IMG/VR virus record: IMGVR_UViG_3300020129_000348
Location: 1 to 51,461 of that record
Source of the DNA: a virus
Lineage: Duplodnaviria; Caudoviricetes
Reading direction: 5' to 3' (one strand)
Length of the DNA stretch: 51,461 bases
Positions 20,056 to 28,809 of this stretch are shown in pieces. The notes under the pieces are model-generated. The model was not told the DNA's origin. It was given only the letters and a program-made list of their open reading frames with translations, and ran no database searches. Each line of letters opens with the position of its first letter. Position 1 is the first letter of the stretch. The translations under genes were made by a program, and so were the position numbers.

Positions 20056-20523
20056 ATGAACTTGAACAAGAAACACGCTATCGGTTTTCTGGTGGCACTG
20101 CTCTGTATTTTGACAATCGGTGTCGCCATCGTAATTCACCCGCACCTATCCCACAAGTTGATCGTTCAGTGCTGGACTGCGTTTTCCCTCATCGGCGGCG
20201 CCGTGACAATCTCTTACCTGTATCCGATCACAACCGGGCCTCCGACCGGATCGCAAGTCACGAACATGGTCATTGCCACAGTCGTTGGAAGTGCGGCCGG
20301 CGATACGTCGGCGGTGATTACACACAACTTTGGGCTGGCCGCAGGCGAAATCACGCAAGGTTTTCCGAGAGTGGTGATTGAAGGCCAAGACGGGAACAGT
20401 ATTACATCGCCCTGGTTTGAATTGTCGGAGAATCCGAACTACACGGTTCTCGGCAAGGGAACTGTCGCGGCGGGCGGAACGGTGAAGGTCACGATTGACC
20501 GGCCTCACAGTATCGTCCGGTAA
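20056..20523 (+). CDS. Membrane-anchored beta-rich putative virion protein
   Basis: Two N-terminal hydrophobic segments; VITHNFG motif. Confidence 0.7.
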   Translation: MNLNKKHAIGFLVALLCILTIGVAIVIHPHLSHKLIVQCWTAFSLIGGAVTISYLYPITTGPPTGSQVTNMVIATVVGSAAGDTSAVITHNFGLAAGEITQGFPRVVIEGQDGNSITSPWFELSENPNYTVLGKGTVAAGGTVKVTIDRPHSIVR

Positions 20524-20590
20524 AGGTCTTTGAATTGAAGTTTGCTTCGGAGTAATTACCCGGAGCGTAAAACCAGAAAGCGTCCTTCGC

Positions 20591-20644
20591 GAAGGGGGCC
20601 GTTGGCAGAAATCCTCACGGATTTTCCGCTGGCTGCCCCCTTTC
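20591..20644 (+). other. Stem-loop in intergenic region upstream of capsid genes
   Basis: GAAGGGGG/CCCCCTTTC outer stem; GAAATCC/GGATTTT inner stem. Confidence 0.45.
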
Positions 20645-20664
20645 GCTTTCTGTAAGGAGATTTG

Positions 20665-21387
20665 ATGTACGTAGGCAGAACGACCTCAGTTGTAAACCCG
20701 AAAGGGTCCCGCGCCGCTCCCCGGCGCAAACCGTCTGGGAACCCAGCGTGGATGCTCACGCTTGGTCCGATGAATCCAAAAAGGAGAAGTAACGTGCCAA
20801 AAGCAAAGCGCAAAGGCAAGAAAAAAAGCGCGTATCGGGCCACGTCAGTATCCCGTGCGCAAAACCATAAAGGAAAAACCAAGAGCATGTCCATCACGCC
20901 CGGGCGATTGATGGCTCTCATGGGCAAGAAGAAGAGCAAGGGCCATCGCCGGCGCGGAGCGGGGAATCCGATTGCGAAGTCAATCACTCTCGCACGCCCC
21001 GCGAGTATCGGCAAGGCAGCCGCTGGAATTCTGGTAGGCGTCGGACTTAACAAAGCCGCCGTCTCCATGCTTCCGGACGGGATCAAGGGCAACAACCTCT
21101 ACGCATTCCTCGCGTCGGTCGGAATTGCTCTGGGTGAATGGTGGCTGCTGAGTATGGTGGACGGGGAATTCGGAGCCGCGGCGGGTCTCGGTGGAATCGC
21201 CGAAGCCGGCTCGATCGGTCTGAACAACTGGCTACCCGCAATTGGAAGCCATGTTTCGCTCGGAGAATTCGTGCCGGGCAAGACGTTGTTCCCGTACAAC
21301 CCAATCCGTGAGGGAGCTGGCCCCTACAAGCCCAGTGGCGAACGACGCTTCGCCTATCCGGGAGCCTATCAAGTTTCGGCTGCGTAA
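20665..21387 (+). CDS. Basic NP-motif membrane protein preceding the capsid gene
   Basis: K/R-rich N-terminus with four NP motifs, TM segments, SLGEFVPGKTLFPYNPIREG. Confidence 0.8.
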   Translation: MYVGRTTSVVNPKGSRAAPRRKPSGNPAWMLTLGPMNPKRRSNVPKAKRKGKKKSAYRATSVSRAQNHKGKTKSMSITPGRLMALMGKKKSKGHRRRGAGNPIAKSITLARPASIGKAAAGILVGVGLNKAAVSMLPDGIKGNNLYAFLASVGIALGEWWLLSMVDGEFGAAAGLGGIAEAGSIGLNNWLPAIGSHVSLGEFVPGKTLFPYNPIREGAGPYKPSGERRFAYPGAYQVSAA

Positions 21388-21421
21388 GCATCCGCAAATT
21401 CGAAAGGGAAACTAGAAACTT

Positions 21422-22114
21422 ATGAATCAGTCACAGCAAATCGCACAAGCAGCCGGTCAACAAGCTCTCGCGCGGATGGCCGATCAAGCGGTCGCAACGC
21501 AAGTCGCGGCGGAAGCAATCACGGCCAAGCAAATGTACATCGTCAACCAATTCCGGGGACAGATCTACATTTCAGACACCCTCGACGTTCAGGACACACC
21601 GGTCTACGACACACTCACGTTCGCGGCCGGCACGACCATCTCACTCACCAACAACATCTGGTTCACCAACGTAGAGCAAGGAAGCGGCAAATCCTTGGCT
21701 CAAACGAACATGACCCAGAACGGAAAACTCGACGCGCCGGAAGCAATCGCAGTTCTCGGCGTCCGAGTCGGCATCAACGAAGAAGCTCTTCGCTCGGATC
21801 TGACCACTCTTTTCAACGGCTGGGCCTATCAGCTCTCCCTGGGAAAGAAGCCGTATCAGCTTGCGAACCTTCGCCACTTCTCGTCCGGTTGGGGACTCTT
21901 CGGAACCACCACCCGCACAAGCGAATCAATTTACACCAACGGCTACCCGTCGCGAGGCTCGATGAACCTTTTGGAAATCAACCTCGTCATCGCAAACCAG
22001 ATGAGTTTCAACGCTCAACTGGTCGGCAACACTTCGCAAGTCGTCTCTTCGTCCGGGCCGGGACTCATTCTGTTGAATGAACTCGTCGGCCTGTATGCGC
22101 GAGGCGTGCAGTAA
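21422..22114 (+). CDS. Putative major capsid protein (single jelly-roll-like)
   Basis: VYDT...WF...TNM-x-Q-x-G-x-L pattern, beta-rich, followed by terminator; fold is inferred. Confidence 0.55.
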   Translation: MNQSQQIAQAAGQQALARMADQAVATQVAAEAITAKQMYIVNQFRGQIYISDTLDVQDTPVYDTLTFAAGTTISLTNNIWFTNVEQGSGKSLAQTNMTQNGKLDAPEAIAVLGVRVGINEEALRSDLTTLFNGWAYQLSLGKKPYQLANLRHFSSGWGLFGTTTRTSESIYTNGYPSRGSMNLLEINLVIANQMSFNAQLVGNTSQVVSSSGPGLILLNELVGLYARGVQ

Positions 22115-22154
22115 GCTATCGCCGTTTGGCGATGCCCTCGATTCGTTGAGGGAC

Positions 22155-22210
22155 GCATGGGGCAGGTTACTCTCCTCCGAGTCTGCCCCTGCATTTTACT
22201 TTTTCTTTTT
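22155..22210 (+). terminator. Rho-independent terminator candidate
   Basis: GCATGGGGCAG/CTGCCCCTGC stem followed by T-rich run. Confidence 0.6.
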
Positions 22211-22212
22211 AT

Positions 22213-22788
22213 GTTGGCGCTCTTCTCACTTTCGGTTCGTCGGTTGATCCTCAATGCCGTTCGCGCTATGAGGCAGGCATTCGAAGATCAACAGGCCATT
22301 CTTGGTTACTCCGCATTGTCGATAACCGGCCTTCAGAAAGCATCGGCCAGGATCGCGCTTGTGGCGTACCTTCTTGGGGTCAACGTAGGTGTACAGGCGT
22401 TCGCCGGGCCAGCGTTGCCATGCAATCTCGTTCGCCAACCGGATGAGTTCGCTCGACCGTCCCGAAGTACTGCCTTCGTTTCGGAAGACCGCACAATTAA
22501 CGCCAACCTGTCCATTGTCGCTTTTGAATTTGCGCCACGCGAACAGCGCACGTGCATCAGGAGTCAGCAGAAGCGTTTTCTCGCCAGGGCCAACCAACTG
22601 GAATATTTTACGGAAGGCACGCGCCGTGTAGTGCCGCTTGAACAGCGACATTGCAGTCGTGTTGCCATCGCGGATCGGAATCCAGCCGACGCCAAACAGA
22701 AATGGCTGTTCACTCATCAGTACCACTCTTGCCCAGCGCACGCACGAAAGCAAGGTCCGTTTAGCACAGTACTGAGACAAGCGCCAAC
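22213..22788 (-). mobile_element. Cassette C1 (inverted ends), cargo Mom/GNAT-like gene
   Basis: GTTGGCGCTCTTCTC...GTTCGCGC left; GCGCACGCAC...GAGACAAGCGCCAAC right. Confidence 0.85.
22226..22717 (-). CDS. Mom-like/GNAT-fold phage protein
   Basis: RHY...NCAVFRNE...SSELI...LYTYVD...GRCFLKAGY; function inferred. Confidence 0.6.
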   Translation of the reverse strand: MSEQPFLFGVGWIPIRDGNTTAMSLFKRHYTARAFRKIFQLVGPGEKTLLLTPDARALFAWRKFKSDNGQVGVNCAVFRNEGSTSGRSSELIRLANEIAWQRWPGERLYTYVDPKKVRHKRDPGRCFLKAGYRQCGVTKNGLLIFECLPHSANGIEDQPTNRK

Positions 22789-22807
22789 GACATAAAGAGG
22801 AACCTAA

Positions 22808-23257
22808 ATGCAATACACTATGAATCAGTACTCACCAAGCTATCTTCAAGGGGTCAACCCCGCTCCGTCGTCCGAAATCGGATTCGAGCCACGGCCCTAC
22901 ACTTACCTGTACTCACCGGCGAATGGTCAACTCACGGCTTTGCAGGTTGTAAACCAGGACTCGGTTGCAATTCAGACTGACGCTGATTTTCTACTGTTCG
23001 GCTTCTATCTTTCACAGTTCACCGGCGCATTTCAAATCCTGTTGACCGATGCAACCGGCTACCAACTGTTCAGCGGGTTCATGAACTCGGGAGCGATTTC
23101 ACAGTCAAGTGCTGATCCGACTGTATTCAGCCCTTCTCACCCATTTCCAGCAGGAGGAAAGATTCTGATTTCAATCCAGGACCTCTCGAATGCGACGAAC
23201 CCACTTCAGATTGCTTTCGTGGGCGAGAAGATGTTCCGGGTTAAACTCAATCAGTAG
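22808..23257 (+). CDS. Putative small jelly-roll capsid protein
   Basis: IQTDADF...PFPAGGKI...DLS...IAFVGEK beta pattern. Confidence 0.55.
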   Translation: MQYTMNQYSPSYLQGVNPAPSSEIGFEPRPYTYLYSPANGQLTALQVVNQDSVAIQTDADFLLFGFYLSQFTGAFQILLTDATGYQLFSGFMNSGAISQSSADPTVFSPSHPFPAGGKILISIQDLSNATNPLQIAFVGEKMFRVKLNQ

Positions 23258-23265
23258 GCTTTTAT

Positions 23266-23997
23266 GTTGGCGCTCTTCTCAAGTGCGGTTCGTTGGCTGC
23301 GGATTCTCGGCGTTCGCGCTCTGAAGCACGAATTCTTTACAGTCGCACGGGACACATGGAGCATTTGTATCATGGATGCCGTGGCCTTTTCTGCCGCTGC
23401 AAAGCTGGCTATTGGCAGGATGATGGATGTACCATGGATGCCCGCATTGACAGAGTTCACTCCAGAGACGTTGCCTTTCAGCACGCACGCTATGAAACTG
23501 GCGTTCCACTGCGCGGATGATTGCATATCGACAATGGTTGCAAATATCGTCCGCTTGCCTCAACGCCGGGTTGCTTTCCATCAGCGCGTGTGCGCAATCG
23601 CCGTGAAAATGAAGGCCAGTCAGATCAGTGATAGCTGCGGCGAAGTTTTTGTACGAGATCTGCCGGGCCGTCGCGGCGGCTTCCCAAGAATTCTGCTGAA
23701 GTATCAAGTCGCGGCACGCCGCGCAGATGTCTCCTTGTTTTTCACACAGCACCCTAGAACAATTGTTGCAGTAGTAACCGCCAAGGGCATGGCGCACAGC
23801 TTCAGGGAGTTTTTGGTCATCAATCCGCTGTTTGAGTGTGCTGATCATCCGAGATGTCATCCGACGCGTATCAAGGATTCGCTGGTCGAGATCATACAGC
23901 CGCTCTTCAAGCTCTTCTGGGGTCATGCCTTGCACTGTAGCCCAGCGCGCGCACGGACGCAAGGCCCAGTCAGCCTAGTACTGAGACAAGCGCCAAC
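23266..23997 (-). mobile_element. Cassette C2 (inverted ends)
   Basis: Both ends closely resemble C1 ends. Confidence 0.85.
23279..23926 (-). CDS. Cys-rich hypothetical protein (C2 cargo)
   Basis: Multiple CxxC; ends SANAENPQPTNRT inside cassette end. Confidence 0.7.
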   Translation of the reverse strand: MTPEELEERLYDLDQRILDTRRMTSRMISTLKQRIDDQKLPEAVRHALGGYYCNNCSRVLCEKQGDICAACRDLILQQNSWEAAATARQISYKNFAAAITDLTGLHFHGDCAHALMESNPALRQADDICNHCRYAIIRAVERQFHSVRAERQRLWSELCQCGHPWYIHHPANSQLCSGRKGHGIHDTNAPCVPCDCKEFVLQSANAENPQPTNRT

Positions 23998-24008
23998 GAC
24001 AAATTAAA

Positions 24009-25190
24009 ATGCCCCAACTCTATACAGTACCGCCAGGCTACTACGACCTACCCTTCAGTTGGATCTACGAAGGAGCAGACTTAACAGACGGATCAAACGT
24101 GCTGAACCAAGTCGTACCAATCCTCGGCGGCTATGGGGATTTTGTACTCCGTCGAATTGTAGGAGCGGATACGATTGTAAATCCAAGCGGAGGAAAAATT
24201 CAGGTCCGGGACCGATCGTTGAACTACATCCAGTCGGATCCTCTGTTCGCACAATGCGCTCCCGACATTGCAATCGCGCCGGAACTGTTCTATCCCGAAA
24301 ACGGCGGCATTCGCTTCGACCTCTACAAGGTACTTCGAGAAACCGGCTTCGTAATCCCCGGCGCACCGGCAATCTACTCCCAGCTTTGCTTTCAAGGTGC
24401 GCGGCGGCTCAAGGGGGTCTACCCATTCAAGCAAACCTACGACCGGTACAATCCAAAGACCTTCGCTTACGTGACTTCATTCACCTTGACGAATCCATTT
24501 CTCCCGCCAGACGGGTTGAATGGAACGATCACGCCAATCTTTCAGAAAGTGACAGACTACGACTTCGAGTTGCTTGAGTTGCGGCTCGTTTACACCACGG
24601 CTGCAAGCGTAACTGTGTCTGACGGCCTCTTAGTCCCAGATGGCACCGTATGGGGCTTCAACACGCCAGGAACGTCGGGAAACGGATCTACGCTGACCAT
24701 TACGGGAGGACCAGCACTAAATCAAGTCTTGACCTTCACTGTGACAGGTACAAACATTGCAGTTCAGCTTGCGACCGATGGAGGAGGACTGGTAACGACA
24801 GACATTGCAACCTTGGTCGCCGCGGCGAATGCAAATCCGGCCGTCCATGCTCTCGTTACGGTGAGCGGTTTCGGAGCAGTCAATGGAACACTCGCCCCAA
24901 CGACAGGAGGATTACCCGTTGCTTTCGCCGGCGGTGGAGTAGTTCCAACCAATGCGAGCTCAGCCAAACTTTTCATTTACGACGCCCACAATCACCCCAT
25001 TTCAAACGTGCTTGGACTTGACCAGTTCTTTAATCGTATTCAGTTCGGAGGATTTCAAAACGGAGCCTTCGTCCCAACGCTTCTGTATCCCAAAGATCAT
25101 CAGATCCGGGTTGACGTGCAGAGTCTTACTTATGGAGTGCCGCTTGGATTGACGTTCAACTGGATTGGCAAGCAGAGGATTCCGTGCTGA
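24009..25190 (+). CDS. Putative virion protein with two jelly-roll-like domains and inserted beta domain
   Basis: DFVLRRI and DYDFELLE segments resemble DADF segment of 22808 ORF; FQGARR/WIGKQR ends. Confidence 0.6.
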   Translation: MPQLYTVPPGYYDLPFSWIYEGADLTDGSNVLNQVVPILGGYGDFVLRRIVGADTIVNPSGGKIQVRDRSLNYIQSDPLFAQCAPDIAIAPELFYPENGGIRFDLYKVLRETGFVIPGAPAIYSQLCFQGARRLKGVYPFKQTYDRYNPKTFAYVTSFTLTNPFLPPDGLNGTITPIFQKVTDYDFELLELRLVYTTAASVTVSDGLLVPDGTVWGFNTPGTSGNGSTLTITGGPALNQVLTFTVTGTNIAVQLATDGGGLVTTDIATLVAAANANPAVHALVTVSGFGAVNGTLAPTTGGLPVAFAGGGVVPTNASSAKLFIYDAHNHPISNVLGLDQFFNRIQFGGFQNGAFVPTLLYPKDHQIRVDVQSLTYGVPLGLTFNWIGKQRIPC

Positions 25191-25195
25191 TACTT

Positions 25196-25630
25196 CTATC
25201 TTATGTGTTGGCGCTCTTCTCGGGGTTCTCGAACGGTCCTGACCTTTCGAGGTTTCGCGCTCTGAGCTTTCAACCCGATCAGATGCTCGTGCATTTGTTC
25301 GAGCTCGGCGAACCGCATACACTTCTGGCAGTGAAGATCACAGCGTGGGTACTCGCAGAGCACCAGGCGCTTGACGAGAATTGGAAGGCCCAGGTAGCGG
25401 ATTGTGAAATGCCGTCCCTGCTTCGTCTCAATCAACACCGCATCGGGATCGTCGCTTCGGATATCGATCTTCGAAACCGTGTAGAGCGTTCCGTCTTTCT
25501 TCCCGTCTGGCCGGATGATGTCGTTCAGCGCAAGATCAAGCGGATGGATGATGGTCCAGTCCCGATGCATCCGCTGACACAGGCCGGTAGACGGATCGCC
25601 GCAGAAGGTGCAAATGCTGGCCGGGTCCAT
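25196..25630 (-). CDS. Cys-rich hypothetical protein (C3 cargo)
   Basis: CTFC...CEYPRCDLHC; reads through cassette end. Confidence 0.7.
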   Translation of the reverse strand: MDPASICTFCGDPSTGLCQRMHRDWTIIHPLDLALNDIIRPDGKKDGTLYTVSKIDIRSDDPDAVLIETKQGRHFTIRYLGLPILVKRLVLCEYPRCDLHCQKCMRFAELEQMHEHLIGLKAQSAKPRKVRTVREPREERQHIR

Positions 25631-26077
25631 AGCTTACTTGTCAGGGAACTCAACGTATGCGCCACGGTAGCCCGTTCCGACTTCGCTCCGTGCGCTTCTA
25701 TCCTCACGTTCTTTCCGTGCGCAATTGGGACAGCGGTGATTTGGTCCGAATTGATCCGTGGTTTCCCAGCCAACTTTCATGGCGGCCGCGTCAGCTTCTT
25801 CACGGCTAGAGAACAGCGCGATCGGCGAGTCCTTTTCATTCGGCAGTGGAATCTTCATACCGCTCGAAACAACTACGACGCCATTGGTCAACAGCGGCGC
25901 ATAGGGCTTCCCCTTGCCATCCATGAACCGCTGGCAGCCACAACACAAGACTGCGACTTTCATGCCTTCCAGCATCCCCCATCGTCCATCGCGGCGCAAG
26001 GGACCTCAGTACCAGTACCCGTAGGGCGAACGCTGGAAAACCAGTACTCCCGAGCCACAGTCGAGAAGAGCCTCAAC
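25207..26077 (-). mobile_element. Cassette C3 (inverted ends), two cargo genes
   Basis: GTTGGCGCTCTTCTC...TTTCGCGC left; GGGCGAAC...GAGAAGAGCCTCAAC right. Confidence 0.8.
25634..25999 (-). CDS. Zn-ribbon-like hypothetical protein (C3 cargo)
   Basis: CCGC...HRCPNC. Confidence 0.65.
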   Translation of the reverse strand: MRRDGRWGMLEGMKVAVLCCGCQRFMDGKGKPYAPLLTNGVVVVSSGMKIPLPNEKDSPIALFSSREEADAAAMKVGWETTDQFGPNHRCPNCARKEREDRSARSEVGTGYRGAYVEFPDK

Positions 26078-26079
26078 GT

Positions 26080-26361
26080 ATGAACGGCACAGAAAAACTG
26101 GTATTTGTAATCTGCCAGGTCTGTACAAAGAACTCACCTCGAATAAACAAGTGCGCATCCTGCTACCATTACGAAGAGCGGAAGGAGACGAGACCGACTG
26201 TGAAATGCACGTTCTGTTCATTTGAGAATCCGATACCTCCGTTTTCAGGGATGTGTTTGAAGTGTGGAGCGGGTGTTTCTTTTTCGGTTGGCGCTCCTCT
26301 CGTCAATCTCTCATCGGTAGCAGCACCTTGCGTTCGCGCAAATGAGGCGCTGAATGTTTGA
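26080..26361 (+). CDS. Zn-ribbon protein running into left end of C4
   Basis: Four CxxC pairs. Confidence 0.6.
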   Translation: MNGTEKLVFVICQVCTKNSPRINKCASCYHYEERKETRPTVKCTFCSFENPIPPFSGMCLKCGAGVSFSVGAPLVNLSSVAAPCVRANEALNV

Positions 26362-26875
26362 CAACCGGCCGCCTCGTAAAGATTTGAGCAGTCCAGAATG
26401 CATCGTTCTGCTGTCAGGCATCGCCGAGGGTATTCTACCGATGACACAGGACGCCAAGACGCTCAGGGAAGCCTTTGCATTTATCGCCAGTGCGGATCTC
26501 TTGTGGGAAGCTTTTGAGCTAAAGCGTCAAGCTGCGGAAGCTGCACTGAAAACAGTTGATCCGCAGATTCTCCGTAACATACTTGGCATTGTTGACGACA
26601 AAGGGCGGGCGCAATGACGAAGGCCCAGCGAGAAGCCCATAAAAAACAGAAGCCGCGTAAACGCTTTAGCAAACTGAAGCCGCCTAAAGGATACCGACGG
26701 AACCAGCCGATCGCCGGGCTTCTTTCCGAAGGCCAACTGATCGACCTCGCGTTCAGTCACATGTGCGCACAATTCATTACGGACTTGCTGCCAACCGAAA
26801 CGAAGCGCGATTTGCTTCAGAGGGCGAACGCTGGAAAGCTTGTGGCCGTAGTCGATAGCGGAGAAGAGCCCCAAC
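26287..26875 (+). mobile_element. Cassette C4 (inverted ends), two cargo genes
   Basis: GTTGGCGCTCCTCTC...GTTCGCGCAAATGAGGC left; CAGAGGGCGAAC...GAGAAGAGCCCCAAC right. Confidence 0.85.
26354..26617 (+). CDS. Hypothetical protein (C4 cargo)
   Basis: Starts just after end-encoded GAGG. Confidence 0.7.
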   Translation: MFDNRPPRKDLSSPECIVLLSGIAEGILPMTQDAKTLREAFAFIASADLLWEAFELKRQAAEAALKTVDPQILRNILGIVDDKGRAQ

Positions 26876-26898
26876 AACAAAAAGAGACGATTCAATGA
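26614..26898 (+). CDS. Hypothetical protein (C4 cargo)
   Basis: ATGA coupled; LQRANA...EEPQ tail from cassette end. Confidence 0.65.
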   Translation: MTKAQREAHKKQKPRKRFSKLKPPKGYRRNQPIAGLLSEGQLIDLAFSHMCAQFITDLLPTETKRDLLQRANAGKLVAVVDSGEEPQQQKETIQ

Positions 26899-27386
26899 AC
26901 CCCTCCCTACCCAACTATCCAATCATCGACGGCTTTCTATTGGATACAACGCTCCGTTGTAACCTGACCTTCAAATCTTTAGCTCTAGCAAACTACGAAG
27001 CACTTCGAAGAGCAGGGGCGTATCGTTCTAAAATGTGGACAGTTCCAACCGATCCGGCGAACGTCTCAATTCCAGCCCGTGATGCGTTTGAGTATCAGTG
27101 CTTTCTACCGCCTGGTTCCGCAGTGTGGGGCTACATCTTCAACGCACCGCAAAATCAGTTCTCATTTCAAGTCAAGGACGCCTGTACCGACGTGCCGATC
27201 TGGAGTGAGCCGATAGTATCAACTGGGCAGCGGCGCAAGCAACAGCGGCTCTCTAAGCTTCTTGTAGTGGGGAATCCTGGATTGCTCTCGGTCGAGATTT
27301 GCAACTTGACATCGAATGCACAAACTGGGATTCAGTTGATACTGTGTGGCGGGATTCCTGTTGAGCCGGGAGTCTGTTCGTCATGA
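26895..27386 (+). CDS. Putative jelly-roll-like virion protein
   Basis: Beta-rich; FSFQVKD...LSVEICNL...IQLILCG resembles 22808 ORF. Confidence 0.55.
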   Translation: MNPSLPNYPIIDGFLLDTTLRCNLTFKSLALANYEALRRAGAYRSKMWTVPTDPANVSIPARDAFEYQCFLPPGSAVWGYIFNAPQNQFSFQVKDACTDVPIWSEPIVSTGQRRKQQRLSKLLVVGNPGLLSVEICNLTSNAQTGIQLILCGGIPVEPGVCSS

Positions 27387-27589
27387 ACCGGCCAGAGTTC
27401 AAGTTTGACGAACGCAGTCTAGTGCCCGTATCCGCCATCAGTAAACAGGGATACGTTTTCGTTGAGGTTCGGGGAGGGCTGATTGTGATGCCATCGCTTC
27501 GGAGGGCGCACGCGGAAACTCGCAAGCCGTCGCTTAGCGCCGAGAAAAGCCCCAACAAAAAAACAGGAGACTCTACATGCGGAGTCTAG
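27383..27589 (+). CDS. Small hypothetical protein ending in orphan end
   Basis: ATGA coupled. Confidence 0.55.
   Translation: MNRPEFKFDERSLVPVSAISKQGYVFVEVRGGLIVMPSLRRAHAETRKPSLSAEKSPNKKTGDSTCGV
27496..27556 (+). repeat. Orphan cassette-end site
   Basis: GCTTCGGAGGGCGCAC...GAGAAAAGCCCCAAC, 45-bp spacing. Confidence 0.85.
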
Positions 27590-28332
27590 GAGAACTTCTA
27601 AGAACACCCTTACCAGACTGCACTAAGAACGGAGATCAATCTGTAAAGCAGGGCGGACCATACGGTATTCCGCCTGGAAGCCCACCCCCAACAGGGCCCT
27701 GGATGCGATCTCCAATCATCCCCGACTCCTGGTTACCCGATGTCCTAAAACGAATTCAACCCGCTCCGGACGTATTCAGAGCAAACCGTTGGGACCTGGA
27801 ACTCCTCGGAGAAGCGGACATCTGGAACTACGTCGCATCCCATGGCGGAATTCAAACGTGCTGTCAAATTCCAGACCTCGGAGCTCCAATCTGGAATCAA
27901 CCGCCCTGGCAGGCAATGCCGTCGCAAGGAAAAGAACTCAATCTCTTTTTCTCGCAACCGACGAACACGATTAGTGGCGCACCAGGTCCGTTCGACGGAA
28001 CCGATACGGTAATTGGTCAGTACCGCTGTCCGATCGGTTGGGACGCGGCAATCAGCAAGGTTGTATTCGGATTCACCGGAAACGGATTCGACGATTTCAG
28101 CGGGAACTTATTCTGGCGCCTGATGGTCGGCAAACGATTTGTGAAGAACCTCGGGAACGTACAGAACACTTTCGGATCCCTACAGACGGCGCTACTCGTC
28201 CCCGGCCGGGCGACGGCTCAGGTGATTAGCGGGCAGACAATTACAATTTTAGCGGCAATTCCAAACGGAAGCCCTGTCAACGGCGGACGTGTAACGGCAG
28301 CGGTATTGGGTTGGGAATACCCTCGCCGTTAG
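27577..28332 (+). CDS. Putative jelly-roll-like virion protein
   Basis: C-terminal beta domain YRCPIG...LFWRL...VLGWEY; AGGAG RBS. Confidence 0.6.
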   Translation: MRSLGELLRTPLPDCTKNGDQSVKQGGPYGIPPGSPPPTGPWMRSPIIPDSWLPDVLKRIQPAPDVFRANRWDLELLGEADIWNYVASHGGIQTCCQIPDLGAPIWNQPPWQAMPSQGKELNLFFSQPTNTISGAPGPFDGTDTVIGQYRCPIGWDAAISKVVFGFTGNGFDDFSGNLFWRLMVGKRFVKNLGNVQNTFGSLQTALLVPGRATAQVISGQTITILAAIPNGSPVNGGRVTAAVLGWEYPRR

Positions 28333-28408
28333 ATAAATTCAGGCGGCGCGTGGTGAATGCAAGGCGACTCATTCGGACGGGCGATTCAAACGATTGGAAC
28401 CGTGATCA

Positions 28409-28615
28409 CTATGGGTTTTCCGCGTTCGCGCTATTGGCAGGCGCGAGTTGGTGTAATGGCCGTCCTTCAACGTGCGCGTCGTACTCTTCAGCCGCCCATG
28501 CGAGAACACCGTATGCCGTACTGATCCAACCGCATGAGCATTCCACGCTCCAGCCATTGTGCTCTTCGTTCCAGACGACGCCCTTTGCAGCAGCATGTTC
28601 TTGTGTGTTTGTCAT
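28409..28615 (-). CDS. Small hypothetical protein (C5 cargo)
   Basis: AGGA-rich upstream; CSCGW; SANAENP tail. Confidence 0.65.
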   Translation of the reverse strand: MTNTQEHAAAKGVVWNEEHNGWSVECSCGWISTAYGVLAWAAEEYDAHVEGRPLHQLAPANSANAENP

Positions 28616-28748
28616 GAATCTATTCTACCCCTTTCCTCCTTCTCTTGGAATCCCCCTTCAGTACTAATTTCACGCCCCAAACACCTTAGCCCAGAGCGCG
28701 AACCGCTGACAGCCCAACCTGCCACCCACACCTGAGAAGAGCGCCAAA
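28422..28748 (-). mobile_element. Cassette C5 (left end degenerate)
   Basis: Inner box GCGTTCGCGCTAT only on left; full right end CAGAGCGCGAAC...GAGAAGAGCGCC. Confidence 0.6.
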
Positions 28749-28809
28749 CGACAAAAAACTAAAGCAACTGACCTTAGCACTGTGGTACTGTATGTCCGAA
28801 GGAGATAAC

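Noticed and set aside
22157-26083. Plus-strand ORFs 22157, 23264 and 25184 as true protein-coding genes
   Set aside because: They are in-register shadows of minus-strand genes with better motifs; kept only as a read-through hypothesis.
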